DNA from: Octopus vulgaris
Lineage: Eukaryota
Direction: 5' to 3'
DNA length: 64,000 bases
Assembly (NCBI GenBank): GCA_951406725.2
Contig: OX597814.1
Location: 123,194,001-123,258,000 of the forward strand
Made by a program: the position numbers and the translations under genes. Positions within the stretch are counted from its first letter, which is position 1, and each line of letters begins with the position of its first letter. Shown here one piece after another: positions 49,697 through 61,420 of the stretch. The notes beneath the pieces were generated by a model, which was not told the origin of the DNA, ran no database searches, and worked only from the letters and a program-made list of their open reading frames with translations.

Positions 49697-50373
49697 AGAT
49701 CTTTACCTTTTGACCTACAGATTTAAAAAATATTTTTTTGCAACTAAACACTTTCAAACTTCCGACACTGGTAGAATGTGTCATATAAAACATCTTTTAC
49801 TCTTAGCATTTTTGAGAAAAACTTATATTTACGAAGTTATTTCACGTTAAAATTCTCGTATTTCGGTAATTTCAACCAATCAATGACATGTATTCAGCTG
49901 AATAAAATTACTGCCGTTGTTTGTCAACAAGAACTTCCGGCAGTGTATATTTCGTTTGTCACTGTTATTTATGATAACCCTAAGCCTAAAACCCTAACCC
50001 CAACCCTAAAACCTTAACCTTAACTCAAAAACCCTAACCCTAAAACCGTTACCCTAACCCTAAAACCTTAAAACCAGTACAAACGCACGAACGATGTCAT
50101 AAATAACAGTGACAAGAGAATATATATCGCCGATGGTTGTTGTTGACAAATAAAAGCAGTAATTTTATTCAGTTGAATACACGTCATTGATTGGTTGAAA
50201 TTACCGAAATACGAGAACTTTAACGTGAAATAACTTCGTAAATATAAGTTTTTCTCAAAAATGCTAAGAGTAAAACATATTTTGTATGACACATTCTACC
50301 AATGTCCGAAGTTTGAAAGTGTTTAATTGCAAAAAATTATTTTTTAAATATGTAGGTCAAAAGGTAAACATCC
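49697..50373. mobile_element. Foldback MITE with about 280-bp TIRs, telomere-like core and 8-bp TSD
   Basis: Arms 49697-49975 and 50096-50373 are reverse complements. The core is degenerate (TAACCC/TAAAACCC)n. TSD GCTTCGTT at 49689-49696 and 50374-50381. Confidence 0.93.
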
Positions 50374-51654
50374 GCTTCGTTTCTCTGTAACCCTATAGCA
50401 GGGATCGGCAAACTTCTTATGTCATTGCCAGGTACTGCTATAACTCGATCATGGTATTGTTAATTTATTGACTCCCATAATGTAAATTTCTAATATACAA
50501 TCAAGTGTAATTAATAACGAATTTCCTGATTTAGAAATAATTCCCTTTGTTCTTTTGCGCCATTATCGTCTTTTTATAAGAAATATTTAAAGAAATTTAA
50601 TAAAATTGCTGAACGAAATTGGTAAAGAATGAACAAGATCCAATCATATTTTATTAATGTAGTCGGAATATTTGTGTGAAATATGTGTTTGATGAATACG
50701 AGTTGTTGCATTGACAGAAAATTAGTGTAATTTTGGCATTAAATTGATTAAAATACCCAAGGATCAGGTACTAATGTTAAAGCGAGAAATGGACTTAGAA
50801 AGTGAACGATCCATTAAACGAAATTCTACAGTTTCCGTCTCCCAAATTTCACTCCCAAAACTTTGGTCAACCTGATGCTGTTGTTGTTGTTGCTGTTAAG
50901 CAACAAGACAGGTAAGGGTGATTAGGTGATGATCTAGGGCTTAGGGGCGGAAGACCCCAGACCTTGGAAAAAAAAAAACTTTGGTCGTGTTGTTGTAGTC
51001 GAGGGCTCTTCGTTGACGCCCGACACCACTGGGAGGTGGCCCTCGAAGTCGCTGGAAATGGAGATCTCCAGGTCCAAACTCTTGAACGGCTGATGCTGTT
51101 GTAGAAGGCAGTTGCCCCATGATGCTGCGAAATCATAAAGCAGCAATGGGAACAATTTTTTTTTAACTGAATGCTTGTACCTACGCCTAATAAAATAAAG
51201 TGTGTTTTACAGAGATTTAGCTTCTATTTTAGCAGATCGAGTGGCTATGAAAAAGCTTCCCTCACTGGATCTAGTCTATGGAAACTTTAGTTCCTCCGGT
51301 TAAGTATCGGAGAGAAAAAGCATGCTAGAAAGAAAAGAACATGTTCATTAGCTGCCGGATAAAAGGGAGAGAGAGAGAGAGAGAGAGATACTCCTTCGGC
51401 AAAGGTGTCGAATAAAAGTGGAAGAATTCTATTTAGTATTCTGCGCTTATACTTACCGAAAGTTGGATGTAGGTCGGAGAACAATGGAAAGTGTATAAGT
51501 TTAGCTCTGTTGAACTGGGGAAAACAATAAGACTTTCCTAAGTATGACAGTTGGCTGTCATAAATTTCGAAGTACTAATGCCGAGAACAATAGAAAGGAG
51601 CTTACGGAAAAATCTAGACTAAGGTTTCGATTCCCGGCTAAGAATACAGGAAAC

Positions 51655-51703
<49 letters not shown>

Positions 51704-51705
<2 letters not shown>

Positions 51706-52285
51706 CAAAATGGGACAAGTTCGCAAAACATCCGGACAACTAGGTGCCTTAATTCTTCTGTTCCTCTGCTTCTACTTCGCTCTCTACTCTTCCCATGTGA
51801 CCGATCAGCCAGCCTGCTCTTTCTTTCTTGGTCTGACCGTGGTCCGTGCAACATCAATATTATTCCCTGTGTTTGTGAAATTTTTGTATCTCTGCCGTAA
51901 GGTTTCATTTCCACACGCGCCACAATTCGTCCTTAGTCGAAAGACACCTGTTGTTATGTCCTGTTATTATTTTTATTGTATTTTTTATTGTATTTATATT
52001 TGTGTAATATTGTCCGTTTTTTCCGTCCTTGTTTTTGTATACATTCGCTGCTTTCTTCCAAGGAATCTAATGCTCTTAGCTTAGTTTTTCCTTGGGGCTG
52101 GCCAAATTGGAGCAATCTCAAGAATAATCAGCCGAAATTGCGAGAATAATCCGGTTCTTGACTGAAGATAGAAAACTTCAAATGACTCGTCCTTGTTTTC
52201 TTTGTATCGTCTATCTGGATGTTTTGTTGCCCCTTTTTGTATCACCTAGTTGTCCGGATGTTTTGCGTTCGTGTCCCATTTTGTA
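51704..52285 (+). mobile_element. Possible Penelope-like element with inverted terminal duplication
   Basis: TACAAAATGGGACA..AAACATCCGGACAACTAGGTG (about 51704-51746) is inverted at about 52243-52285. Degenerate CTGAAGA hammerhead-like word at about 52162. Flanked by (TA)n and (CA)n. Confidence 0.5.
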
Positions 52286-52307
52286 CACACACACACACAC
52301 ACACACC

Positions 52308-52962
52308 GGACTACGTGTTGTGTTCTTCAGCAAGATAGTTTATTTCACGTTGCTCCAGTTCACTCAGCTGTAGAAATGAGTTGCGACGTCACAAGTGCCA
52401 AGCTTTATAGGCCCTTGCCTTACCCTTGGATAACATCGGTGACGTAGAGAGGGGAGGCTGGTATGTATGGGCGACTGCTGGTCTTCCATAAACAACCTGA
52501 CCATGGGATTGCACCCAGAAAGTTACCCTCCCAGGCACAAGTCAGGGCAAGATTGTTTATGGAAGAGCAGACTCTCCTCTCCACGCCACCGATGTTATCC
52601 AAGGGAAAGGCAAATGTCGATACAACTTGGCACCAGTGACGTCGCAGCTCATTTATTGACGTGCAAGTGGCTGAGCACACTCCACAGACACATGTACCCT
52701 TAACGTAGTTCTCGGGGAGATTCAGCGTGACACTGAGTGTGACGAGGCTGGCCTTTTGAAATACAGGTACAACAGAAACAGGAAGAAAGAGTGAAAGTTG
52801 TGGTGAAAGAGTACAGCAGGGTTCGCCACCACCCCCTGTCGGAGCCTCGTGGAGCTTTAGGTGTTTTCGCTCAATACGCACTCGCAACGCCCAATCTAGG
52901 AATCGAAACCGCGATCCAACGACCACAAGTCCGCTGCCCTAACCACTGGGCCATTGCGACTC

Positions 52963-52963
<1 letters not shown>
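52308..52963. mobile_element. Tail-to-tail SINE family C pieces
   Basis: Plus strand: H1 centre plus tail T4 (52308-52500). Inverted T4 at 52550-52655. Minus strand: head, H2 and T2 (52963-52660). Confidence 0.78.
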
Positions 52964-52993
<30 letters not shown>

Positions 52994-53024
52994 TGAAACC
53001 TACATATCCCAGCGCAGAAGAAAT

Positions 53025-53182
53025 ATGGCTCGGCGATGTGGTAAGTAGCTTGCTTATCAACCACATGGTTCCGGGTCCATTCCCACTGCGTGTCACCTTG
53101 GACAAGTGTCTTCTATTATAGCCTTCGGCCGACCAAGGTTTTACGAGTGGATTTGGTAAATGGAAACTGAAGGAAGACTGTC

Positions 53183-53237
<55 letters not shown>

Positions 53238-53413
53238 TGCAACATCGCTTGAGAACCGATGCTGATGTGTATATGTCACCGTAACTTAACGGTTCGGCAA
53301 AAGATACTGATAGACTAAGTATTTGGCTTACAGACAATAAGTTCTGAGGTCGATTTGTTCGACTAAGGCGGTGCTCCATCATGGCTGCAGTGAAATGACT
53401 GAAACAAATAAAA

Positions 53414-53416
<3 letters not shown>
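53025..53416 (+). mobile_element. SINE family A with internal (TG)n
   Basis: Head and tail match 3682-4085. Confidence 0.9.
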
Positions 53417-53450
<34 letters not shown>

Positions 53451-53839
53451 TATACATATATAATTCATGCATACACATATATATTTCACACAAACACACA
53501 CATATACATACACGCAAGGTTTTATATCTTAGTTAAAAACTTTGTTGTATATAAACAGAAGGTTGTTTGTATATACAAGTTAATGTGTTTACGCAAGTTA
53601 CGAGCACGATTGATAAACACCTCACGAAACACCTGAACCATCTCAAACACACATCAGACACCAACTTCTACAGAAACATTTTTTGTTTGTTGTTCACTTA
53701 GTAAATTACATGTAATTATGAATAAAAGCTTTATTTGGCATCTGAGCTCAAGGAAGGCAGCTAAAAGGCCAGTTCCGGATTTACAACGCGCGTGCACATA
53801 TCTTGTGGGAGTGGTTGTGTGTGAGGTAAGGGAGAGCGC

Positions 53840-54277
53840 ACAAGCGTCTTTGTGTTTGTACTCCACCGCCGCCAGACAACCGGTACTGCTTTGTTTATAT
53901 CCCTGTAACTTAGCAGTTTGGCAAAAGATCCCGATGTAATAAGTATCGGCGATCATTCGTTACTAGTAACATAACTGTCACTTATAAACCCACGTGGGTT
54001 TATTTTTCTGAAGAAAAAAGATACCCTTCCCCCCACCCCTAACCCTAACCCTAACCCCAGATATATAAAAAAAATGAAAATTTTACGGAAAGTGACGATC
54101 TTCTTCAAATGTATACAAATACACGTGACGTAAATGGGACTCATATCGAAAGAATGCCTAAGTATCAGACATACAAATAAAAAAAATATATGTACAGGGG
54201 TCGATTTGTTCGACTAAACTCTTCAAGGCAGTGCCCCAGTATGGCCACAGTCCAATGACTAAAACGAGTAAAAGATA
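53840..54277 (+). mobile_element. SINE-A 3' half interrupted by a MITE
   Basis: ..GTAACTTAGCAGTTTGGCAAAAGA..TAAGTATC | insert | ..GGGGTCGATTTGTTCGACTAAA..GTAAAAGATA. Confidence 0.8.
53948..54158. mobile_element. 211-bp MITE with short TIRs, telomere-like core and 8-bp TSD
   Basis: TIRs GGCGATCATTCG / CGAAAGAATGCC. TSD TAAGTATC at 53940-53947 and 54159-54166. Three CCCTAA units at about 54037-54057. Confidence 0.88.
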
Positions 54278-55207
54278 CTCAGAAAAATGTGGTGACATCA
54301 TCACCATCATACCACTAATTCTTACACGACATATGGCACGGTAACTTGGTAGAGAGCCTTGTTTACCTGTTTCTTCTCACCTGGCAATAAGATGTTGAAA
54401 GATGTAGAGTAGAGCAATGCTCGACTGTCGTTATTTATTTGACGTTCTACATCTTCCCCACTTCCAAATACGTAGTGTATATTTTTTTTCTTTTCTTAGG
54501 ACTATTATTAGACGATGCATAATGTTAAATATTTCAAGCAGTGTGTCCTGTCTAAGAATAGTGCCGTCTATAACAACAGCTTTGTCACTGGTTTAGCCTC
54601 CTGACGCTCCCTGCATAAAATACGTTAACTCTTTACTAAACTTCTGTCTATAAATAGTCCAGTAGTTCACATATTACTGAAAGTTTTGAAAGATGTGTTT
54701 TGTAAAGAATCCTGCAGTTAAAAACTGAACACTGCAGCTATGACCCGCTGTTATTTGATAAATATAATGTAAATAAGTTTTTCATTCAAACCAACATTTG
54801 AATTAGAGGTAGTTACTACATTAAAATGTTATTGATAAAGAAACTCCAGAATAGATGGCATAAATAGAAAAATAACTATGGCCATAAAAGATGTATTAGT
54901 ACTAAAGTTATTAGTATTTGTCTTGCAAACTTTGTGGTGAAAACTGGTATTTTCTTAATGTCAATAAAAGATGCAATAATGACTACATTATCCGAGAAAG
55001 AAATAAACAGAATTATAGACCACTCCGTATACAGCTTCTATTTTTAAAGAATATTGGAAAAATATTAGTCTCTTGTAAGTTACATGGTTTCTTTATTTGA
55101 TGATTATAAGATGATGTCCAAAGATTAAGCGGGTTTACTTCTCGTTGCTACAGCTGGCAAAATTAATTCAAATGGACCAGACTTGTCACGCTGTATCACA
55201 CTCACTA

Positions 55208-55602
55208 TTCTCTTTACTCTTTTACTTGTTTCAGTCATTGACTGTGGCCATGCTGGAGCACCGCCTTTAGTCGAGCAAATCGACCCCAGGACTTATTCTT
55301 TGTAAGCCTAGTACTTATTCTATCGGTGTCTTTTGCCGAACAGCTAAGTTACAGGGACGTAAACACACCACTGTCGGTTGTCAAGCGATGCTGGGGGGAC
55401 AAACACAAAACACATAAATACACACACATATATATACATATATACGACGGGCTTCTTTCAGTTTCCGTCTACCAAATCCACTCACAATGCTTTGATCGGC
55501 CCGAGGCTATAGTAGAAGACACTTGTTCAAGGTGCCACACAGTGGTAATGAACCCGAAACCATGTGGTTGGTAAGCAAGATAGTTACCACACAGCCACTC
55601 CT
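55208..55602 (-). mobile_element. SINE family A, full length
   Basis: Very similar to 31-470. Confidence 0.92.
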
Positions 55603-56249
55603 AACTACTTTATTGGCGCGCGTGTTTGCTGAGTGTTCGGCTAATTTTACGATCAGACTGTTCTGTCGATCGGATCATCTAGAACACTCGTCGACGTAAC
55701 GACAGAGAGCCAAGATGAGGATGTGGGTGATCACTAGAATTTAGTTAAAGAATTGTACACATTATCAGAAATTTGTGGAGAAGTTAGCCGATTAAATTGG
55801 CCTCAGTATATCCTTGATATTCGTATTGACCCTTGAAGGAGAAAAGGAAAATTGACCACGGCTGGATTCGAACTCAGGGCGCAAAGGCCGGTGACTAAAC
55901 ACTAATTAAGCTGCCAAGGCAGGAGAAAATATACTTGCTATGTTCATGTTGGTGAACTGTAGCTGCTGACTGAGTTGAGTAAAGAGTGGTAATGATTGTT
56001 AAAAGCAGCAAAATGAGTATCTGGTTAGCTTAGCTGCAGGCGGTCACAAACTATGTGGATAGAGGCGAGACGTGAACTGAATCGGCCGGTCTCTGCGCGA
56101 TATGGCCTGGTTAGAGTGAATACGCGTTTCGTCTCGACTGGCTCTAAAAACGTGCCAAATTACTGGCCTTGTTAGAAGGATATTCTGAACGTTTCCGCAA
56201 AGATGCATCACATGGTGTCTGGGTTGGTCCATAACTCGGCCAATAACAT

Positions 56250-57200
56250 GAAAAAGCTGTTATTATGCCGTGATTTTAACTTGGTAATTTGTTGATTCGG
56301 TTTCGAACCTTACTCCAGATTAAAATCTTTTTTAATACTTCTGAAGCATTTGACACCTTGGCAAAAGTATTCAACTCTCTAATTCATTAATTCGTTTTTT
56401 AAAAATATGTAAAATAGAAATGCATGATATCTGCTTTTTTTACAACTTGTTTTGGAATGACATATTTTCTGACTCTAAAAAAAGCTGGACGTATTTCCTG
56501 ACTCTAAAAATGTCCATGAGTGATCAATATTGGAACCAATACTATTTCTAATATACACTCATACTTTACCTGATTATATTAAATATGTTCACCATTACTA
56601 TTTTTACAAACGATTTCTTATACATTCTTGGAAGCAAACAACTTCAGTGAAGCAGCTGTAATGATAAATGCTAAGTTTCCTAAAATGGACAGATGGTACA
56701 AATCAAATAGACTTACCCCGAAATTATGATAAAACTAAATTTATTATCTTTAAAAATTCTGAAATAAACCATCAGAAACAAGGCTCCTTATTCATAAATG
56801 GCAATTATTAAATTGAACAATTTGATCATATAAAATGTTTAGGTCTAACGATCAACTAATTCAACGCATGAGTGGAAACAAACCATAAACCTTGTATCTA
56901 AAACATCAGAAACAATTGATATATTATGCAAGGCTAAAATATGTCTTCCTCATTCGTATTTAATGGAATTATACTAAGCATTAATTTATCTCTATACGAT
57001 GTATATGAATACAATATGGGGTAATAAAAATGACATCTATTTAAATGAATTCTACAAAAGTAAAAACAAAAACGGTGTTTGAATCATGGCTAATGTGTAT
57101 ATAATAGAAACGAGGGTCAAATAAGTCATACACAACTAGTTTTTGTCTAACTTGGAATACTATCAATTTCCTACGTAAACTTTATACGTAAAGGTTTTTA
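56250..57200 (+). mobile_element. Ancient L2/CR1-group reverse transcriptase relic
   Basis: Decayed RT motifs in the expected order: FLILLKAFDTL-like (TCTGAAGCATTTGACACC), *SILEPILFLIY (QGSILGP), FTND (FADD), KCLGLTI, LY*ALIY..TIWG. Confidence 0.65.
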
Positions 57201-57494
57201 TATATTAAAAAAAAATATAAAGCAATCTACTGTTACCAAAACTCCTACCACCACCACCATCACATTCTACCATGTAAACATGCAAGAACGAACAAAGTAA
57301 ACGAATCAACGAGAAGGTTAAATAAATTGTTTATTTCGAGGCTGGATGAGGTAAAACGATGAACATAAGAACCATCAACTAATCTACAAATTAAGGAAGA
57401 AGTCTTAACGTGATTGCTCGACTAGTTAGAAATAACAGCCAAATTTTCCCCTATCGCATAGTATCGTCTCATGATGATGATGATGATGATGATG

Positions 57495-57530
<36 letters not shown>

Positions 57531-57534
<4 letters not shown>

Positions 57535-58080
57535 CCCTGATGCAGTACCAGGCAAGTGGCTCTCATGGCTTCTGATCTTAAATGATTGGAAGTGTTATCA
57601 TGTACATTGTTTTGTCTTGGTATAAAAGATGGGCTACAGCAAATATTCTGCTCAATACCACAGATTTGCTTGTCAGTTGTTTGACCTTAACCAGTTGAGC
57701 ATGTCCCTAAGTGGCTGACGATATGTGCATCTCTGATCACGAGCAGAAGTAGTGGGGGAGCATCATAGCCATGTGTTGAGAGGGATTCTTTGTGGTTTGA
57801 ATAATTCACCTCTGGAAACATGGGTGGTTCGTTCAACATCCTTAAACAACACTTATTCAGGGACCTTCTGGCTACTCGACCAGAAGAAAATTCTAACTGG
57901 GCCCCACCTGCAAGGCCATGCACTGTTTATCTTGATATGAGATCACCATGTAGCGCACATATGGTTGTGATGCATGTGCCTAGTGTACCTTTATCTGACG
58001 GGTAGTCTTGATGGATATACTGGGCTTCGTATATTTTACCCAAGTGTCACTTTGATAGCATGCACTGCACTCTCGCTCAA
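57531..58080 (+). mobile_element. About 550-bp non-coding insert bounded by (TAA)n; probable 3'UTR or non-autonomous derivative of a TAA-targeting element
   Basis: Sharp boundaries with TAA arrays at 57495-57530 and 58081-58143; no convincing ORF. Confidence 0.45.
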
Positions 58081-58143
58081 TACTAATAATATTAATAATA
58101 ATAATAATGATAATAATAATGATAATAATAATAATAATAATAA

Positions 58144-59339
58144 CTAGCTTACAAAACAACCACAATTGGACTGGCCAAATATCTCGAAATATCGAATGAC
58201 TGGATGCTAAAGCTCGTGGAAAATCACGAGAGACGAAAGAAGCTTCATTCTATCATCAAGGAAAGCAAAAAATTTGCTATTGATCTCGTGCAGGATACCC
58301 AAACTGAACAACCCGAGGGAAGTACGGCAACTATTGTTGCAAAGAAGGTGAAAATGATGGCAATGAAAAAAGCGCACGAGCAATTGGCTGATAGGTGGGA
58401 GGAGAAACCTCTGCACGGCAAATATGTGACCCGCAGCAAACAAGCTGATGTTGACCAGAAGCAAACCCATCAGTGGCTGCGGAGCTCAGGGCTAAAAGCA
58501 GAGAGCGAAGGTTTCATCCTGGCTGCTCAAGACCAAAGCCTATCGACCCGGAACTACCAGGCCAATGTGATGAAAAATGGAGCAGACCCAAAATGCTGAT
58601 TCTGCAACGACATGATTGAAACAGTGGACCACCTAATCTCTAGATGTAAAGTCTTAGCACCAGTGGAGTATAAATTAAGACATGACAGAGTTGACCAATA
58701 TCTCCACTGGCTAATAAGTCGGCATTACAATATCAAAACTGCCGACAAGTGGTATAATCACCACCCTGAGGCTGTAACTGAAGGAGAAAATGTAACCATT
58801 CTGTGGGACTTTCCAGTACATACAGACCGAACCATCAAGGCCAATAAACCAGATATTGTTGTGAAAGACCAAAACAATAAAGTTTGCTTATTGATCGACA
58901 TGAGCATCCCCTGTGATCATAATATCTCAGCGAAAGAGTTTGACAAGCTCAGAAAATATAAAGACCTACTCATTGAAATTGAGAAAATGTGGCATCTCAA
59001 GGCGGTTACAATACCAGTGATCGTAGGAGCACTAGGAATGATCAAGAAGGGAACCGAAAATTATATGAGAATGATCCCTGGCTTACCATCCCTGCAAGAA
59101 GTGCAAAAGATTGTCTTAACTGGTGCATCACACGTATTGAGAAGAGCATTGTCGATGTGAGAACTGTTGCTGCTCATGCATTTTAATTTAACTTTAAAAA
59201 AAAAAAAAAAAAAAAAAAATGAACGAACTACTGAGTTTGGTTTAATGGCCTACTAATATACACTATGAGTTTCTTTGCCCTAGGAGTCGGGAAGACACTC
59301 GGCAAGAAATGGAAGAAAATTTGAAAGAAGAAAAAAAAA

Positions 59340-59340
<1 letters not shown>
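58144..59340 (+). mobile_element. 5'-truncated R4/Dong-clade LINE inserted in (TAA)n
   Basis: One reading frame 58204-59160 broken by a single TGA (58597-58599) inside the CCHC knuckle: WEEKPLHG..ESEGFILAAQDQ..C*FC..ETVDHLISRC..RHDRV..ILWDFPVHTD..NKPDIVV..LIDMSIP..KLRKYKDL..PVIVGALG. TAA arrays on both sides. Confidence 0.93.
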
Positions 59341-59372
<32 letters not shown>

Positions 59373-59377
<5 letters not shown>

Positions 59378-59850
59378 ATTATTGTATACAGTGCTTAGGA
59401 GGCACAAAAACTCGTCGAAAAAAGGCAAAAAAGAGGTCAGAAAGCAGAAATACAGCAATGAAAAACAGCAATGAAAACCAAAAGTACATGCACCGTACAC
59501 AGAATAAAACAGAAAAACCATACAAAGGAAATGGTGCAAAGACACATCAGGAATAGCGTTGGCAAATTATAGGAAATAGGGAATGTTTTTTTCGTTTTTC
59601 ATTTTTTTTTATTTTTTGAGGATGCAGTGTCCTGACAACTAACAACCAATGCAGATAGTTTATTCCTGGCTTCGACAATCCTGAGCAAGAAAAAATATTT
59701 CTGAAAGACATGAATACTGCACTGTGTGATTTATTCTTTCTTGTTTTTTTATATTTTTTGAAAGAATGTGCACGGGTGGTAGTAAATTAAGCAAGGTGGC
59801 CAGAAGAAGTTACGTTGGATAATGTGGTCTTGCGATTCTTGCACATAGAA
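59373..59850 (-). mobile_element. Old CR1-type LINE 3' fragment
   Basis: Homologous to 63130-63500 (ATTATTGTATACAGTGCT; GGATGCAGTG..ACAACTAACAAC). Its (ATT)n tail corresponds to the TAA array at 59341-59373. Confidence 0.72.
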
Positions 59851-60461
59851 ATAAGATGGGATGGTCCTATTACAATCTGCGCAGATGGCAGGATCATAGG
59901 CTTTGCTCGATCAGGATTGGTCTAGGGTTAAACAACAAAAAGAACATAACTCAACAAGGATCTAATTAGCCATTCCAAAGAAATTAACAAATACAAAAGA
60001 AGTAAACAGAAATACAAACAAAAGTGAACCAGTCCGTTCATTAAGGGCTCTTCTGTTACCCTTTTTTTTAATTTTCCATGGTTTAGGCGGGTGAAAGAGC
60101 AAGGCTTATGCTCCTTTTATAGCACCCTCGACACTAGTAGGGGTGGGGAGAAGATGGTCAAACCAGAGACCTAGTCTGAATGCTTACCACAGAGTAGACT
60201 CTGCTAAAGGCACCAAAGATACCAGATGATGTTAAATCGGATGGCAGTTAAGTCTACTGCCCAAATAGGCCGCGGCGTAATTTGAACTCTCAACGCAAAG
60301 AGCTGGAACAAATATCACAAGGCATTCTGGCTGATGCTCTAACGATTTTGCCAGTTGACCACCCTAGTTTGCTACTTTATTTTATCGACTTTGAAATGAT
60401 GAAAATGTGGGGTTGAACTTCAGCAGGTTTGGAACACAGAAAGCTGGAATAAAGACCATTA

Positions 60462-60708
60462 GACAGCAGCCATGCTAGGGCACCCTTTGGCCGAGCCGTT
60501 AGGTTATGAGGACATAAACACAGCAACAACGGTTTTCAAATGGTGATGGGAGACACAGACACAAATGCACACACACACAACATATATATTTACTAAGGGC
60601 TTCCTTCAGTTTCCATCTACCAAATCCACTCACATGGCTACAATACAAGACACTCGCTCAAGATACTACACAGTGGGATTGAACCCAGGATAATATGGTT
60701 GGGAAGTA
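60462..60708 (-). mobile_element. Degenerate SINE-A
   Basis: CAGTTTCCATCTACCAAATCCACTCACA..GGGATTGAACCC. Confidence 0.7.
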
Positions 60709-60749
60709 AATTATAAATATTTTTCTTGCTTTCTTACTTTATTGTTGTA

Positions 60750-60965
60750 GTGAAGGTGCATGACCTGGTGATTAGGGAATCGTGTGATAGTAGTTTCGAT
60801 TTCTTGACTGGCCAATGCATTCTGTTCTTCAGCAAAATATTTTATTTCGCAAGGCTCATGTCCACTCTGCTATAAACCGAATTCCAACAGTAGCTGGGAA
60901 ATTAACCCCGTGATGGACTGGCGTCCAGTTCAGGAAGGTGTATTGTAATTTCAGTTACTTAAACG
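60750..60965 (+). mobile_element. Degenerate SINE family C (H1 plus T1)
   Basis: Head relic, TGTTCTTCAGCAAAA and GTGATGGACTGGCGTCC. Confidence 0.62.
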
Positions 60966-60969
60966 TCAT

Positions 60970-61420
60970 GGTGGCGAGCTGGCAGAATCGTTAGCACGCT
61001 GGATGAAATGCTTAGCAGTATTTCATCCATCTTTATGCTCATTTTTTACATTATTTACATTTGACAGATATTTGTCCTCATCTTGTTTGTTGTTAACACA
61101 ACATTTAGGCTGATATACCCTCCAGCCTTCTTCAGGTGTCTTGGGATATTTTGAACCTGAGCTCTCATTCCTAAGGCATTTTTCGATGAAGGCTGGAGGG
61201 TATATCAGCCGAAACGTTGTGTTAACAACAAACAAGATGAGGACAAATATCCGTCAAATGTAAATAATGTACATAATTCCTCATCTCTTAAATATAGGAC
61301 TGTATCTTCTTTATGTTGTAAGTTCAAATTCCACGAAAACCAACCTTGCCCTTCGTCCTTTCGGGGTCAATAAAATAAGTACCAGTTGAGCACTAGGGTC
61401 GATGTCATTGACTTAATTAC
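60970..61420 (+). mobile_element. SINE-B interrupted by a Penelope-like insert
   Basis: Head at 60970-61036; the body resumes at about 61308 (AAGTTCAAATTCC..CCTTTCGGGGTC). Confidence 0.8.
61037..61307. mobile_element. Penelope-like inverted pseudo-LTR pair with minimal hammerhead cores
   Basis: About 87-bp inverted repeat (61046-61133 versus 61185-61271) containing CTGAAGA/CGATGA-aGGCTG..CAGCC-GAAAC. TCTTTATG is repeated on the flanks. Confidence 0.72.

Noticed and set aside
49975-50075. Telomere or chromosome-fusion scar
   Set aside because: The repeat is short, degenerate, in a single orientation, and enclosed in a TIR element with a TSD.
50399-50420. hAT-like TIR start CAGGGATCGGCAAAC (also CAGTGTTTCTCAAA at about 34904)
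   Set aside because: No matching partner TIR or TSD was found.
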